From positions 4,160,001 through 4,224,000 of the forward strand of contig OZ244937.1 of assembly GCA_965222075.1 (NCBI GenBank): a DNA stretch of 64,000 bases, given 5' to 3'. Below, piece by piece: positions 18,180 through 29,284 of this stretch (position 1 is its first letter; each line of letters begins with the position of its first letter). This DNA comes from Candidatus Latescibacterota bacterium (GTDB lineage: Bacteria > Latescibacterota > UBA2968 > GCA-2709665). The notes beneath the pieces are model-generated. The model did no database searches, had not been told where the DNA came from, and was given only the letters and a program-made list of their open reading frames with translations. The position numbers were made by a program, and so were the translations under genes.

Positions 18180-21100
18180 CTACCCCAATCCCGAGAACCG
18201 CCAGCCCTCCGCCGTGTGTCCGAACATCAGGCGATCCCGCTCCCCATCTGGACGCACCACGGTAAGCTGCGATCCGTCCCACTCGCAATCCGGCGCCTCT
18301 GCTTTCCCTTTCGCCGGCCAGATCACCGTCACCAGTTCGATCCGCCGGTCCGGATCGGTCGTCGCGTGGAGCGCCCGTTCGGTAAGCTGCTGCATCACGC
18401 ACACAGGGGGATCGACACAGGCCTGTTCGACCGCCGGCGATACGAATGTGAGCGACAGGGCCGTCCCTACACCGGCGATCTCACAGCGGCCGTCGAACAG
18501 ATCGGGCTGTCCGGCCGTATGCGCCATAAACGTCACGCGCACCGGTTTGTCCGCCTTGACCTCGTCCACAATGACAAGATATCGGCCGTCCACCATCACC
18601 ACGTGCCGGCGCACACGGCGGACCTCTGGCCCGAACGACCGGTCGGCCTCGGCCGCGATTGCCCGGTAGCGCTCCGTCTCCTGCCAGTAGATAAACGTGC
18701 CGGTTCCGGGGCCCTGGGCCTGGCCGTCGATCAACACCGTACTGTAGCCATCGGGCGGGGTGCGGTAGTTGTGGCTCCGGCGGACCAGCGGCTCTCCTCC
18801 TGCAACCACCTGGATGGCATTCAGGTCCAGGCTCGTGTGTCCAAACCCCTGGACCGCATATCCGCTCTTAAACGACACGTAAAGGTCCGGATCGGGCCAG
18901 CCGGACGCCATCGCGGCCCACCGGATCTCCTCGTAGACCTGAAGGGTCTTCAACTTCAACCGGGAAGCTAAGGCAGGCGGCGCTGGGAGGTCCCCGACCT
19001 TCGTCCGTTCAACCGACCTGGGGTACTCGATGTCGGGAGAACGCCACAGCACGGTATACCAGTCTGAAGACGCACCCGTATAAGCGTCTGCATAAAGCGA
19101 GAACAGGGACTCGCCGTACCTGCGCGCCAGGAGGTGGAGAAACGGACACGCCCCTGTATTCATGCCGTCGTTGAACCCCGCCGGTACCCCACGCGGCGTG
19201 AAATACATCGGGAAGTACCCCGCCTGTCTCATCCCCGGGTGCGAGAACACCCCGTCGTCTGTCCCCAGCCCCGATTCCAGAACCGCGCCGTAGAAAACCA
19301 TGCCACTCAGAAACACCCCCCAGTAATTGATCGATTCCGGCCAGGAGCCTTCCGGCGGGAAGGCCCGCATCGGCGTCTGGACGTCCTCCCGGGCCATTGC
19401 CAGCACCGCCTCGGCGTCCAGAACCTCATCGCGCACAACCAGCGCCAGTGCGGCCGCCACACCGTCGGAAATCGGCGTCAGATTTTCAATACGTCCCTTC
19501 CAGGGCGCCGCGTCGTTCTCCATGGACCACAGATAGACCATCATCCCGTTTTCCACAAGGCTGTCTCGAAGCGCCCGCCGCTCGTCCGGGTCGAACAGCT
19601 CGTCCAGCCAGTCCAGAACGAGCGTGCAGAACATCGCCTTCCACATCAGATCCGGGTCCGCCCCGTACACCCTTGGGTCTCCCCACAGCACGTGGTCTAC
19701 CAGCACCCGCACCATATGCTTGGCCAGCAAGCCGTATTTCTCGTCACCCTCTATCAGGTAAACCAGGGCCGTGGCCATCATCAGGTGCGGGTTCCGCTGG
19801 GGAAGGGTAGCCTTCCCCAGGCCCTGCAGCAGCAACTCGTCGCTCGCCAAAATCTCCTCAATCCCAAACTCTCGCAGCTCGGTCCCGGTCGGAGTCCAGG
19901 TCGTCTCAAAAATGCTGCCGCACGCGAGCACCTCGTCCACCTCCTGCAACATCCGTTCGTAGTGAGGTCTCAACCCGCCCCGCCGCACATCTTCACGCAG
20001 CCGCACCACATCCTCGGGCCGCAGCAACACGGAAGGACAGGGCCTTTCGCCCATCACATTGCAGGGACATTCCACGCAACACGCCGCGTCCACCCCCGCC
20101 GGTGTCAGCCTCAGCCGGTACCTGCCCCTTGGCACCTCGCCGATCTCCACCTCAAAAACCTCCTCGTCGGAACCCGCAACAACCCGCCCTCGGTCCAGCA
20201 TCTTTCCCGCATCGTTCACCAGCGCAATACGCCATTCCGAACCGGCCAGGTCCGGCCCGGCCAGCCGGAACCGCCCTGTGCCCCGCTGTTCGTGGCCCCG
20301 TTCCAGGGGATCGAGCCGGACCCGTGGGGAAGGCAGAAACCGACACGTCCGTGTGGCCAGTGGGGCGCCGGTATCCGGATCGGAAAGCAGGATCTCGATG
20401 CGGTACGAATACAGAAATCCCCGGTAAGCCCCGAACAGGTAGGACAGCTCAATCACTGACCGACCCTCGCTCGGTATCCTCTCTGCAAACGGCATACGGC
20501 GGTCAAACGGGTCAACCAGCGTGACCAGCGCGTCGATCCGCTCCGTAAGTTCACCGGCGGGCTTGAGGGAGAGGTTCAACTCCTTTCGGGTCAGCCCCCG
20601 GTCCGACAGTCTCACCTCCTCGATAACCAGAGCGGGACTCAGCACCAGGCTGCCCAGCCGGTCCGCCTGCAGCGGGTCATTCACGACCGGGTATCGAACC
20701 GCCCGGCTGAGTGTGCTGACTTCCAGACCCGGCGTCACCCGGGCCTGCCCGTTGACCAGGTACCCGTCGGGGAGCATATCGGGCGGGTCCACGTCCGTCC
20801 AGTCCACCATCCGAACCACATTAAACGGCAGGTCCAGCCCGGGCCGTGGATGCACCCCCAGCATCGACCACGGCACGGTCAACACCACCGACCACCCATC
20901 CTCTCGCCCCGTCACTTCACAGCGTGCCGGTTCGCCCGACCCGGAATCCGCCCCCCGTGACAGGCTCAGTGTACCATCCGGCGAACAATCGAACCTCCAG
21001 GGTGTCTTTCCGTGCGGCACCACCGCCACGATCACCCGGTCGTCTCCCTCGTCTCGCCCCTCGCAGTCGACCGCGACCACCAGGTTTTCGGGCGTCCAAC

Positions 21101-21329
21101 GCGCCAAAACACGGGTCCGCCCCCTGGGTGTTTCAAGCGTCGGGCGCACCGGATTCATCATGTTCCGGGTGCCGCGCTTTTTGGCGTATTCAAACCCCGT
21201 CATCTTCGAGCTGTGCCGGCTGTCCCAGATGTGCTTGGCGATTTCCATACCGGCGAGCTCACCCAGAGCCGTCATCTCCTGTGTGGCCACCCAGACGTCA
21301 TTGCCGGCGAGTTCGATATCTGTTTTCAT
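18180..21329 (-). CDS. Heparinase II/III-family lyase-like protein with an N-terminal CBM9-like domain
   Basis: GWSVVLTVPW..FNVVR, EGSWPESINYW, FND, GHTSLDLN, STVLIDG and RRHVVMVD. Confidence 0.75.
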   Translation of the reverse strand: MKTDIELAGNDVWVATQEMTALGELAGMEIAKHIWDSRHSSKMTGFEYAKKRGTRNMMNPVRPTLETPRGRTRVLARWTPENLVVAVDCEGRDEGDDRVIVAVVPHGKTPWRFDCSPDGTLSLSRGADSGSGEPARCEVTGREDGWSVVLTVPWSMLGVHPRPGLDLPFNVVRMVDWTDVDPPDMLPDGYLVNGQARVTPGLEVSTLSRAVRYPVVNDPLQADRLGSLVLSPALVIEEVRLSDRGLTRKELNLSLKPAGELTERIDALVTLVDPFDRRMPFAERIPSEGRSVIELSYLFGAYRGFLYSYRIEILLSDPDTGAPLATRTCRFLPSPRVRLDPLERGHEQRGTGRFRLAGPDLAGSEWRIALVNDAGKMLDRGRVVAGSDEEVFEVEIGEVPRGRYRLRLTPAGVDAACCVECPCNVMGERPCPSVLLRPEDVVRLREDVRRGGLRPHYERMLQEVDEVLACGSIFETTWTPTGTELREFGIEEILASDELLLQGLGKATLPQRNPHLMMATALVYLIEGDEKYGLLAKHMVRVLVDHVLWGDPRVYGADPDLMWKAMFCTLVLDWLDELFDPDERRALRDSLVENGMMVYLWSMENDAAPWKGRIENLTPISDGVAAALALVVRDEVLDAEAVLAMAREDVQTPMRAFPPEGSWPESINYWGVFLSGMVFYGAVLESGLGTDDGVFSHPGMRQAGYFPMYFTPRGVPAGFNDGMNTGACPFLHLLARRYGESLFSLYADAYTGASSDWYTVLWRSPDIEYPRSVERTKVGDLPAPPALASRLKLKTLQVYEEIRWAAMASGWPDPDLYVSFKSGYAVQGFGHTSLDLNAIQVVAGGEPLVRRSHNYRTPPDGYSTVLIDGQAQGPGTGTFIYWQETERYRAIAAEADRSFGPEVRRVRRHVVMVDGRYLVIVDEVKADKPVRVTFMAHTAGQPDLFDGRCEIAGVGTALSLTFVSPAVEQACVDPPVCVMQQLTERALHATTDPDRRIELVTVIWPAKGKAEAPDCEWDGSQLTVVRPDGERDRLMFGHTAEGWRFSGLG

Positions 21330-21364
21330 GCTGTCGATCTCCTAAAATTACTGAACGACCCCTT

Positions 21365-22171
21365 TCAGGACGTAACCCTATTCTCATGCGGCCGGACATA
21401 ACTGAAATACCGGGTAATTTCGACAAAGCCCATCCGGCGGTAAAGCGGCTCCCCCATCTTCGACGCCTGGAGTGAGGCCATCCTCGCCCCCAGGTCGAAC
21501 CCGGCATTGGTCGCCGTCCGGGTAACCGCCTCTCCCAGGCCCCTTCCCCTTACCGCCTCCTTTGTCACCACCCAGCCCACCCACGCAACACCGTGACTCA
21601 CAAGGGTCAACGCGGCCGAAACAGGAGCGCCTTCGAGGTAGGCCACAAAGCCGGCGATGTGGGGCGCAACCAGGCTTCGAACATCGGCAAACAGGGTATG
21701 GACAAACCCTTTCATCCCCGCATCGTCGCCTTCGAAGACCTCGGCGTTCACCCCTGCGAAATCGCGTGCCTCCGGCTCGCCGCTCACCCGCCGAATCTCA
21801 ATGCCGGGCGGCGTCTCATAGTCCTCAAAACGGTGCTCTAAAATCATACCCGCGTTATCGTACATACGGGTAAAACCCGCCTCCAGCAGCCGCTTTTCAA
21901 GGTCGGAATCGGCGTGAGCGCGGACCATAACGGTATAGTCGTGTCCCCGGGCGCCAAAAAACGCATCGGCCTGCGCAAGCACCTCCTCCGCCGGCATCAA
22001 CACATCGGTCCGCTTGGCCCCGTTGACAAATGCACGGGTCGGATGGGCCCCGGCATGGAGCAACAGCCCGTCTCCCTCCTGGATCACGCCTCCTCGGGAC
22101 CGGCGGATATGTTCGCGGTAGGCCTCCCACAAACTGATATCCGACAGCCGCACCAGTTCATCCTGTTCCAC
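21365..22171 (-). CDS. GNAT-family acetyltransferase
   Basis: VRGRGLGEAV and LQASKMGEPLYRRMGF; GTG start after AGGAGG. Confidence 0.88.
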   Translation of the reverse strand: MEQDELVRLSDISLWEAYREHIRRSRGGVIQEGDGLLLHAGAHPTRAFVNGAKRTDVLMPAEEVLAQADAFFGARGHDYTVMVRAHADSDLEKRLLEAGFTRMYDNAGMILEHRFEDYETPPGIEIRRVSGEPEARDFAGVNAEVFEGDDAGMKGFVHTLFADVRSLVAPHIAGFVAYLEGAPVSAALTLVSHGVAWVGWVVTKEAVRGRGLGEAVTRTATNAGFDLGARMASLQASKMGEPLYRRMGFVEITRYFSYVRPHENRVTS

Positions 22172-22193
22172 GGTCCCTCCTTTCCGGCACGCG

Positions 22194-23642
22194 CTATACA
22201 AACGGATACATCCGATCCGGATCGTATCCCGGCATCAGATTCCTGTGCGCCTGTCCCACGATCAGCTTCTCCCCGTCGGTAAACCCTTCGGGCCGCTCCT
22301 TGAGAAAATCGATCAGTTTCTCCCGCCAGGGCCCAAGCCCGGCCTCGGCGTCGGCTTCCAGTGCCAGGTCGTGCATCTCGTTCGGATCTTCATCCAAGTT
22401 GAACAGGTGCTCCGTGCCCGTCTGCGTATACCAGATATACTTGTGATGACCGTCGGTAATATACTGGTTGCCCTGCTTATACTCGTAACACCCCGCGTGC
22501 TCCCCGTGCAGCAGGTCCCGCACCCGCTCTGCCTCTCCCCGCATCATCGGCAGCAGGCTCTTGCCCGTGCAGGTCTCCGGAATCTCCAGACCGGCCGCAT
22601 CCAGCACCGTCGGCATAATATCCTGAAGCCCCACGGGACTGTCGCAGACGGCCTCCTCCGGATACCCCCAGCTCCTGGGCGCGCGCACGATGAACGGGAT
22701 GCGGGCAGACGCCTCGTACGGCCAGGTCTTGCGAAACAGATTGTGGTCGCCCAGCATCTCCCCGTGGTCGGACGTAAAAATAATCAAACAATCCTCAAGA
22801 ACGCCCCTGGCGTGCTGGTACAACCGGCCGATTTGCTCGTCGATAAAATTCACCATCCCGTAATAGGCCGCGCGAGAACATCGCATATCGTTTTCGTCCA
22901 GGCAGATCCGGGATGCGTTCGGGTCCAGCCCTTTTTGCGGCCCGTCGAACGCGGGCGCCCAGTCTCCCACCACCGGCTCGGGCAGATCCCTTCGGATGTA
23001 GCGATCGTAATAGAACCTCGGCGGTGTGAACGGCGGGTGAGGATCGATCATAGAAATCTTCAAAAAAAACGGCGCCGTCGGGTCGTGCTTCTTCAGAAAC
23101 GTCATCGCCTGGTCTATACACCAGAACGTGTGCATCTGTTCCTCGGGCAGATGGTGGGGCCGGCCCACCCACCCGTTGGACGAAAGCCCGTGCGCCATCC
23201 CCGGGTCGACCTCCATCCGTCCGTGTTGATCCCGCAGCCAGTCCACATAATCGTTCTCCCTGCCCCGGGTCGCATCGGCCAGGAGCATGTGGTCGAACCC
23301 GTAGCGTTTTCTAACCGGATGCAGGTGGAGCTTGCCGATCAGCTGCGTCTGGTACCCGGCCTTAGACAGCTCTCCCGGCAGCGTGTGCGCCGTATGCCAT
23401 TCCACCCCCTGAAACCCCACCACCCCGTTGGCCGCCGGCGCCGTGCCCGTCATCAGGCTCCGCCGGGCCGGAATACAACTGGGACATTCCGAATACCCGC
23501 GCCGGAAGTGCGTCCCCGTCCTGCCGATCCAGTCTAAGTTGGGCGTCTGAAGCGCCCCTGGCGCGCACGGATCGATCCCTACACAGTCCCCCCGCTGCTG
23601 ATCGGTGATAAACAGGATAATATTCGGACGAGATTGGGGCAT
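22194..23642 (-). CDS. Formylglycine-dependent (Cys-type) sulfatase
   Basis: PNIILFITDQQR, CIPARRSLMTG, GKLH, PHPP and SDHGEMLGDH. Confidence 0.93.
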   Translation of the reverse strand: MPQSRPNIILFITDQQRGDCVGIDPCAPGALQTPNLDWIGRTGTHFRRGYSECPSCIPARRSLMTGTAPAANGVVGFQGVEWHTAHTLPGELSKAGYQTQLIGKLHLHPVRKRYGFDHMLLADATRGRENDYVDWLRDQHGRMEVDPGMAHGLSSNGWVGRPHHLPEEQMHTFWCIDQAMTFLKKHDPTAPFFLKISMIDPHPPFTPPRFYYDRYIRRDLPEPVVGDWAPAFDGPQKGLDPNASRICLDENDMRCSRAAYYGMVNFIDEQIGRLYQHARGVLEDCLIIFTSDHGEMLGDHNLFRKTWPYEASARIPFIVRAPRSWGYPEEAVCDSPVGLQDIMPTVLDAAGLEIPETCTGKSLLPMMRGEAERVRDLLHGEHAGCYEYKQGNQYITDGHHKYIWYTQTGTEHLFNLDEDPNEMHDLALEADAEAGLGPWREKLIDFLKERPEGFTDGEKLIVGQAHRNLMPGYDPDRMYPFV

Positions 23643-23858
23643 GGTCGTCGGACTCCTTTTGGGTGGAAATATGGAAAGGGGGGCGAATAACAGTTGTGTT
23701 TTCTACTTCAATTGCGCAGTATAAGAGGCCCTCACCCTCGCATACGGGAAAGGAGGAGATCGGGTCTGCAGAAAATCAATCCTTTTAAGAAGCTGCTACT
23801 ACTTTGGAAAGTAACCTTTCGGTACTCAGGTCCAACTGTCTTAACAGGAGCAAATATC

Positions 23859-24593
23859 ATGATCACGAACAAAATCCTCGAAAGAATCCGGAACGGTGAA
23901 AAGGCTCTGGGGGTAAGCATGAGCCAACCCTCCACCGAGATTGTGGAACTGGCCGGCCGCATGGGCCTCGATTTCGTCGGCCTCGACGCCCAGCACTCGC
24001 CGGTTTCGCCGGAAATGGTCCAGGAGATCTGCCGCATCGCCGACGGCTTCGGCGTTACCGTCACCATGCGCATCCCGGACGGCCGGGAAAGCACGATCCT
24101 CAGCTATCTGGACCGGGGCGTGAGGGAGATCCAGATCCCCAACCTCCAGACCAGGGAAGAGGCCAAAGCCCTGGTCAAATACGCCTACTTTGCGCCCGAA
24201 GGGCTGAGAAGCGCCACCAGTGTCCGCACCGCCTTCAACCAGAAAACCGGGGACTACACGCAGCTGTATGCCAAAATCAACGCCAATACCGTCCTGGTCC
24301 CCCAGCTTGAAAGCATCACCGTCCTGGAGAACCTGGACGACATCCTCACCGTTGACGGTATCGACTATTTCGCCCGGGGGCCGGAGGACATGGCCCAGTC
24401 CCTGGGGTTGACGGGGCAGGCCACGCACCCCAAAGTCCAGGAAGCGTATGCCAGAATCGACGAAAAACTCCACGCAGCCGGAAAACACTGGATCAACGAG
24501 TTCACCGAAAGCGTCTCCGTCTTATTCCTGGTGAATGAGGCGGCCGAAGCCCTGCTGAAAAAACACGGCCGCGAGTCTCAGCTGAGGTGGTAA
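23859..24593 (+). CDS. HpcH/HpaI aldolase-family protein
   Basis: DFVGLDAQH, PQLES, GIDYF.RGPEDMAQSLG. Confidence 0.85.
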   Translation: MITNKILERIRNGEKALGVSMSQPSTEIVELAGRMGLDFVGLDAQHSPVSPEMVQEICRIADGFGVTVTMRIPDGRESTILSYLDRGVREIQIPNLQTREEAKALVKYAYFAPEGLRSATSVRTAFNQKTGDYTQLYAKINANTVLVPQLESITVLENLDDILTVDGIDYFARGPEDMAQSLGLTGQATHPKVQEAYARIDEKLHAAGKHWINEFTESVSVLFLVNEAAEALLKKHGRESQLRW

Positions 24594-24652
24594 CACACCA
24601 GATCCGGAATGAGGTTTAAAAGAATAAAACGTACTAATGTATCCCTCTCTTT

Positions 24653-25711
24653 TCAGTACCGATAAGCCTCAAGCGTCAACCCTGCAATCGATTCCCAGGA
24701 CAGAGACTCGGCCTGGCGATATGCAGCCCTCCCGCAGGCCGCCAGGTCGCGCTCCTGAACGGTCACCATCGCCTCCTTCAGCGCATCCGGTTGACCCGGA
24801 TCGTAGACAACCCCCATGCGCTTATCCACCAGCTCCGGCAGGCAGCCGATGCCGGGCACGATCACTGGTCGGGCAAACGACATCGCCGTAATGGCCGACC
24901 CGGATGTCAAAACGTCCACGAACGGCAGAACCACAACGTCTGCGGCGTTGAGGTAAAGCTGAAAATCCTCACTGGGAAAAAAGCTCGACGTGCGGACAAC
25001 AATGCGCGGGTCGGCCTCCTGGGCCCCCTCGACCAGCTTCTCGCCATAGTCGTTGTACACCTTGGCCGCCATAAGCAGGGCCAGGTCGTCGCCGGGCAAA
25101 CCGGAAAAAACCTTCAGGAGCTGTTCCAGTCCTTTGTACGGCCGTACATTGCCAAAGAAAAGGTAAACGAACCGCCCCCCGGCCAGGCCCAGTTTCCGGC
25201 GGGCCTCTTCGCGGGAGATCGTATTCGGATACGCGTCGATAAAATGGCCGTGTGGGATCGTAAACACCCCTCCGCTGCGGTAGAAATGCTCCTGCACGCG
25301 TTCTCGGGCGTACTCGCAGTGCACGATAAGCGCCGTTGCCAGCTGGGTAATCGCAAGACGGGCCAGGCGGTGCAGCTCGAAATGGGCACGCTCGTGGGGA
25401 TAGAGATTGTGCACCGTCCAGACCACCTTATACCCCAGCGAACGCGCCCGGACCAGGTGTCCGATCAGTTCCGTACATCGGGAAACGCAGTCGTCCAGAT
25501 CAGGCGCGTCGTACATGTAATGCGGCCAGTTGAGATGAAGCACATCCACCTGGCCCTGGTTCTCCAGAAGCCAGGCCTCGTTGAGGTCTTCGTCATAACC
25601 GGCAATCAGTTCGGCGCCCAGTCCGGCCATCGCCCGGGCGAGCAGCCCGCCGTAAGGATTGGACCGCACCAGCGAAAGGCCCCCAGACCCCCAGTAGAAA
25701 ACGGATCGCAT
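24653..25711 (-). CDS. GT4-family glycosyltransferase
   Basis: NPY, LHLNWP, WTVHN, FFGNVRPYKGL and TSGS. Confidence 0.88.
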   Translation of the reverse strand: MRSVFYWGSGGLSLVRSNPYGGLLARAMAGLGAELIAGYDEDLNEAWLLENQGQVDVLHLNWPHYMYDAPDLDDCVSRCTELIGHLVRARSLGYKVVWTVHNLYPHERAHFELHRLARLAITQLATALIVHCEYARERVQEHFYRSGGVFTIPHGHFIDAYPNTISREEARRKLGLAGGRFVYLFFGNVRPYKGLEQLLKVFSGLPGDDLALLMAAKVYNDYGEKLVEGAQEADPRIVVRTSSFFPSEDFQLYLNAADVVVLPFVDVLTSGSAITAMSFARPVIVPGIGCLPELVDKRMGVVYDPGQPDALKEAMVTVQERDLAACGRAAYRQAESLSWESIAGLTLEAYRY

Positions 25712-25744
25712 CTGTATGGTTTCTCCTGTAGATCGAAACAATAT

Positions 25745-27142
25745 TCATTCTGCAATCACATGTTTCTTGAACACGAAAGCACCCAGCTCATAGCTCAGCA
25801 CACGGCCGTCCTCGCCAAACGTGAACACCGCCCGTTCGCCCGAAGCCCGGCCCCCGCGAACGACCCATTCATCCTCTCTATCCGTAGGTTGCAGCTCCGC
25901 CGGGGCGTGCAGAGAATACGCCGATCTCCCGTGCCCTGCAAGCCGCAGCCTGCCGTCGCGATACTCGATGTCCACATCGATCCCCGGTTCGGCGCAGTAG
26001 TGACCCAGAAACCGCTTGAGCGCCTCCGGCGTGGGATCGAGCCTCGGCCGCTCGGGTGGGGAACCCTCGGCTTCCTCTTCTTCCAGGACCATCTCCAGCA
26101 CCTCCTGCGCAAGCTCAAGCCCCCCGTGCGGCGGCCACATATTGATCAGCAGAACCGCACCGGTCCTGCTCGGCGCGTTGAACCACACCTGCGTGCCGAA
26201 CCCGTGAATCCCGCCCCCGTGATTGTGGTAAACGTGATCCTCGACCCGCGTCGCCCGCCAGCCCAAGCACTGCCCTGCCGACCAGTCCGGCTCGACGTAC
26301 TGCGGCCGCTGGATCTCCGCAAGCGTGGACCCGTTCAGCACCTGCGCGCCGCCCCGGTTCCCGCCCTCCGTGCGAAACTGGAACGATACCCACTTTGCTA
26401 AGTCGCTCACCGTCGAATGCAGCTGACCCGCCGCCGAGATCCCATCCAGATGCGCGTAAGGCGCCCGTTCCGGCCGATCCTGGTAGGGCGTCGGGTTGTA
26501 GCCCACAAAAAAGTGGGGTCTCAGCTCGTCGGTCAGGTCGAAAACCGTAGACGTCAAACCGAGCGGCTCGATAATATGCTCGCGGACATACTCGGTATAC
26601 GGCTGTTCGGAGAGCCGGTACACCACCTCCCCCAGCAGCCCGAATCCCAGGTTCGAATACTTCCACGCCGAATCCGATGGAATCACGACCTCCGTCTCCG
26701 GCAGCTTCTCCAGGACCTCTTCCCGACTCGGAAACCGCAGCACCCCCCAGCCCTGTGTTGGCGACTCCGTAACCAGGCCGGAGCGATGGGTCAGCAACCG
26801 CCGGATCGTCACCCCTTCAACACTGCCGCACCTCGCCCGGACCTCCGCGAACTCGGGCACATGCTGCACCAGCGGATCGTCCAGCCTCAGCTTCCCCTCG
26901 TCCCGCAGTTGCATAATCGCCGTCGTCGTAAATGTCTTCGTCACCGAAGCCACCCGCGCAATCGTATACGCATCCGGCCTTCGGTCAGAATCCAGGTCCA
27001 CAGACCCGAACCCCCCGAACCAGGCCAACTCCTGGTCGCGAACAATTCCCAGCGCCAGACCCGGAATACGGTACTCTGCAACCCTCGCCTCGGCCAGACC
27101 TTCGATCTCCGGAATCAGCTCCCTTAGAACACAATCTGCCAC
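25745..27142 (-). CDS. Serine hydrolase, class C beta-lactamase family
   Basis: SVTK (SxxK), LLTHRSGL, YSN and HGGG. Confidence 0.9.
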   Translation of the reverse strand: MADCVLRELIPEIEGLAEARVAEYRIPGLALGIVRDQELAWFGGFGSVDLDSDRRPDAYTIARVASVTKTFTTTAIMQLRDEGKLRLDDPLVQHVPEFAEVRARCGSVEGVTIRRLLTHRSGLVTESPTQGWGVLRFPSREEVLEKLPETEVVIPSDSAWKYSNLGFGLLGEVVYRLSEQPYTEYVREHIIEPLGLTSTVFDLTDELRPHFFVGYNPTPYQDRPERAPYAHLDGISAAGQLHSTVSDLAKWVSFQFRTEGGNRGGAQVLNGSTLAEIQRPQYVEPDWSAGQCLGWRATRVEDHVYHNHGGGIHGFGTQVWFNAPSRTGAVLLINMWPPHGGLELAQEVLEMVLEEEEAEGSPPERPRLDPTPEALKRFLGHYCAEPGIDVDIEYRDGRLRLAGHGRSAYSLHAPAELQPTDREDEWVVRGGRASGERAVFTFGEDGRVLSYELGAFVFKKHVIAE

Positions 27143-27309
27143 CGGCGGCCTCCTCTTGGAACAGACAATGGACGGCAGACAAAGCGATCAACTACCAAAC
27201 CGAACACCCGCCGATTTCGATGCTGTCTCTGACTTCGCCATCCCGCAGACCCTCTCGACTGTATCGGACACCGCTCCAAGTGCAATTTCCCCTTGAAATA
27301 TGAACAAGC

Positions 27310-27546
27310 GTGCGTATATTACGCCTGTCACGCCCAGGAATGCCTGATAACCCCGATGCCATCGATATCCACTGCTGCCCGTTGAAGTACTGCCGGCAGC
27401 ACCCGGAAGTCCTTCGCCGGATTGGCGATGCAGACCTGATATCGCTTGCCAGGGAGAGCCCCGCCCACCTCCTGGACAGCACGCCCGAAGTCCTCATGAA
27501 AACCTGTCTGAAGGTCCTCAAAGCCGTCACAGGAGAATCACCATGA
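27310..27546 (+). CDS. Small hypothetical protein coupled to the PhyH gene
   Basis: ATGA overlap with the ORF at 27543; no recognisable motif. Confidence 0.35.
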   Translation: MRILRLSRPGMPDNPDAIDIHCCPLKYCRQHPEVLRRIGDADLISLARESPAHLLDSTPEVLMKTCLKVLKAVTGESP

Positions 27547-28316
27547 CACCCGCAGAACAGATCGTCCACTACCACACCTTCGGCTTTCTGGCCCTTCGTC
27601 AGGCGTTCGGCCCCGACGAAATCGCCGAGATCAGCCGGACCTACGACGACCTGCTCGAGCAGGACCGCCAGGGAGAGGCCTTTTCGGGCGAAAAACGGCA
27701 GACCCTCTTCGGCATCGCCGAAAAGCATCCCCTCCTGATCCGTCTTGTTGAAGACGACCGCATCTACGAAACCGTCGAACGCCTGCTGGGCCCCGGCTTC
27801 ATCTGGCTCTGCTCCGAGGGCAACCTCTACGTCGGCGACACCGAGTGGCATCCAGACGGCGGCAGCATCCTCGACTATTCATTTATGAAAGTCTCGCTGT
27901 ATCTGGATCCCCTCACCCGGGACACCGGCTGCCTGCGCGTGCTCCCGGGCTCCCACCGCCTGCCCTTCCACGGCGACCTCAAGCCCTTCGACAAATTCGG
28001 GTTCTCCGGGCCCGACGTTCCATGCTTCTTCCTGGAATCGCGTCCCGGAGACGTCTTTTTCCTGAACATGAACATGTGGCACGCCTCTTTCGGCGGCAGC
28101 CCCGGTCGGCGTCACCTCGCCCTCAACTTTTCTCCCGAACCGACGCAAGAGGAACACATCGCCATGTTGAAGCGGGACTATCAGGGCATCTTCAGGCTGA
28201 TGGAACGGTTTCAATACAGTCGTCCCGACCGTGTGTACACAGACGCCTTCCTCCACAGCGACAGCCCGCGTATCCAGCATCTGACCTCAACGTGGGTGGA
28301 ACTGGGGTTAAAGTAG
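27543..28316 (+). CDS. Phytanoyl-CoA dioxygenase (PhyH)-family Fe/2OG enzyme
   Basis: WHPD, GCLRVLPGSH and PGD...WHAS. Confidence 0.9.
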   Translation: MTPAEQIVHYHTFGFLALRQAFGPDEIAEISRTYDDLLEQDRQGEAFSGEKRQTLFGIAEKHPLLIRLVEDDRIYETVERLLGPGFIWLCSEGNLYVGDTEWHPDGGSILDYSFMKVSLYLDPLTRDTGCLRVLPGSHRLPFHGDLKPFDKFGFSGPDVPCFFLESRPGDVFFLNMNMWHASFGGSPGRRHLALNFSPEPTQEEHIAMLKRDYQGIFRLMERFQYSRPDRVYTDAFLHSDSPRIQHLTSTWVELGLK

Positions 28317-28397
28317 ACACGACATTGGTAATTAAGGTTGTAATGCGACCGGTACCACCTCCCTCAGGCGTCTGACACTCCTGCCCCGATTAAAGCC

Positions 28398-29213
28398 CTA
28401 CCGGTATGCCGCTACCGCCTGCATCGCCCCCTCCCGGATCAGGGTCAGCTCGTCGACCAACTCGAAAAACCCGCACCCCCTGGCGATCCACCTCGTCCCC
28501 GCCTTCGGCCCCGAGGGCGTCGTGCCGAACGGCACCCCGTGCTTCACACATAGCTTCAGGATCTCATCCATCGCCTTCCGCACGCGGGGGTGGTCGTAGT
28601 CCCCGGGGTGTCCCATCGAAATCGAAAAATCGTACGGCCCCACGTAGATCATATCTAAGTGCGGCGTCGTAATAATCTCCTCCGCATTCTCATACCCCAG
28701 CCCCGTCTCGATGTGCGCCACGATCAGCGTCGACTGGTTGGCCTTCCGCAGCCACGCCCGGTCGTCTTCGGGCAAGACACAGTCCGTATTCCCAAAACCG
28801 GGCGCCCCTGCCCGCGTCCCCACCGGGGGGAACTTCACGAAATCGGCCAGCGTCAGCAGGTCCTCGCGCGACTCCGTGCGCGGAAGCTGGATGCCCACCA
28901 CGCCCGCCTCAAGAAGCCGTGCCACCTCAGGCCGGTTCAGCTCGCCCACCTTGGAAATCACCGGCATCCGGTTGTCCCGAGCGCACAACACAAAATCCGA
29001 CATCTCGGCACCGTCGCAGAAGATATGCTCCTTATCCACGAAAATAAAGTCGAACCCCGCATCGCAAAACATCTTAACCAGTGAAGGCCGCAGGTACTCG
29101 GACGCCATCGCGCCTAAAACCACATCCCCCGATTTCAGACGCCGTTTGAAATCGCGTCCCAGGGCGGTGGGATCCTGCCTGCGACTGCGCCGGGCCGTTC
29201 TCGTTTTGGCCAT
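28398..29213 (-). CDS. HpcH/HpaI aldolase-family protein
   Basis: GFDFIFVDKEH, FPPVGTR, AHIET and YVGPYDFSISMG. Confidence 0.88.
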   Translation of the reverse strand: MAKTRTARRSRRQDPTALGRDFKRRLKSGDVVLGAMASEYLRPSLVKMFCDAGFDFIFVDKEHIFCDGAEMSDFVLCARDNRMPVISKVGELNRPEVARLLEAGVVGIQLPRTESREDLLTLADFVKFPPVGTRAGAPGFGNTDCVLPEDDRAWLRKANQSTLIVAHIETGLGYENAEEIITTPHLDMIYVGPYDFSISMGHPGDYDHPRVRKAMDEILKLCVKHGVPFGTTPSGPKAGTRWIARGCGFFELVDELTLIREGAMQAVAAYR

Positions 29214-29284
29214 GCGTATCCTCCGAAAAAAATGTTAACTCAAGCAACTTATGATATATCTGGGACCTGCAACTCGTTTCACGC

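Noticed and set aside
24791-26401. Long antisense ORFs (also 19134-20459, 22245-23537, 30449-31678, 41859-43211)
   Set aside because: They are shadows of GC-rich genes on the opposite strand and contain no motifs.
25745-27142. Beta-lactam resistance gene
   Set aside because: No signal peptide and a generic serine hydrolase architecture; esterase or peptidase activity is equally likely.
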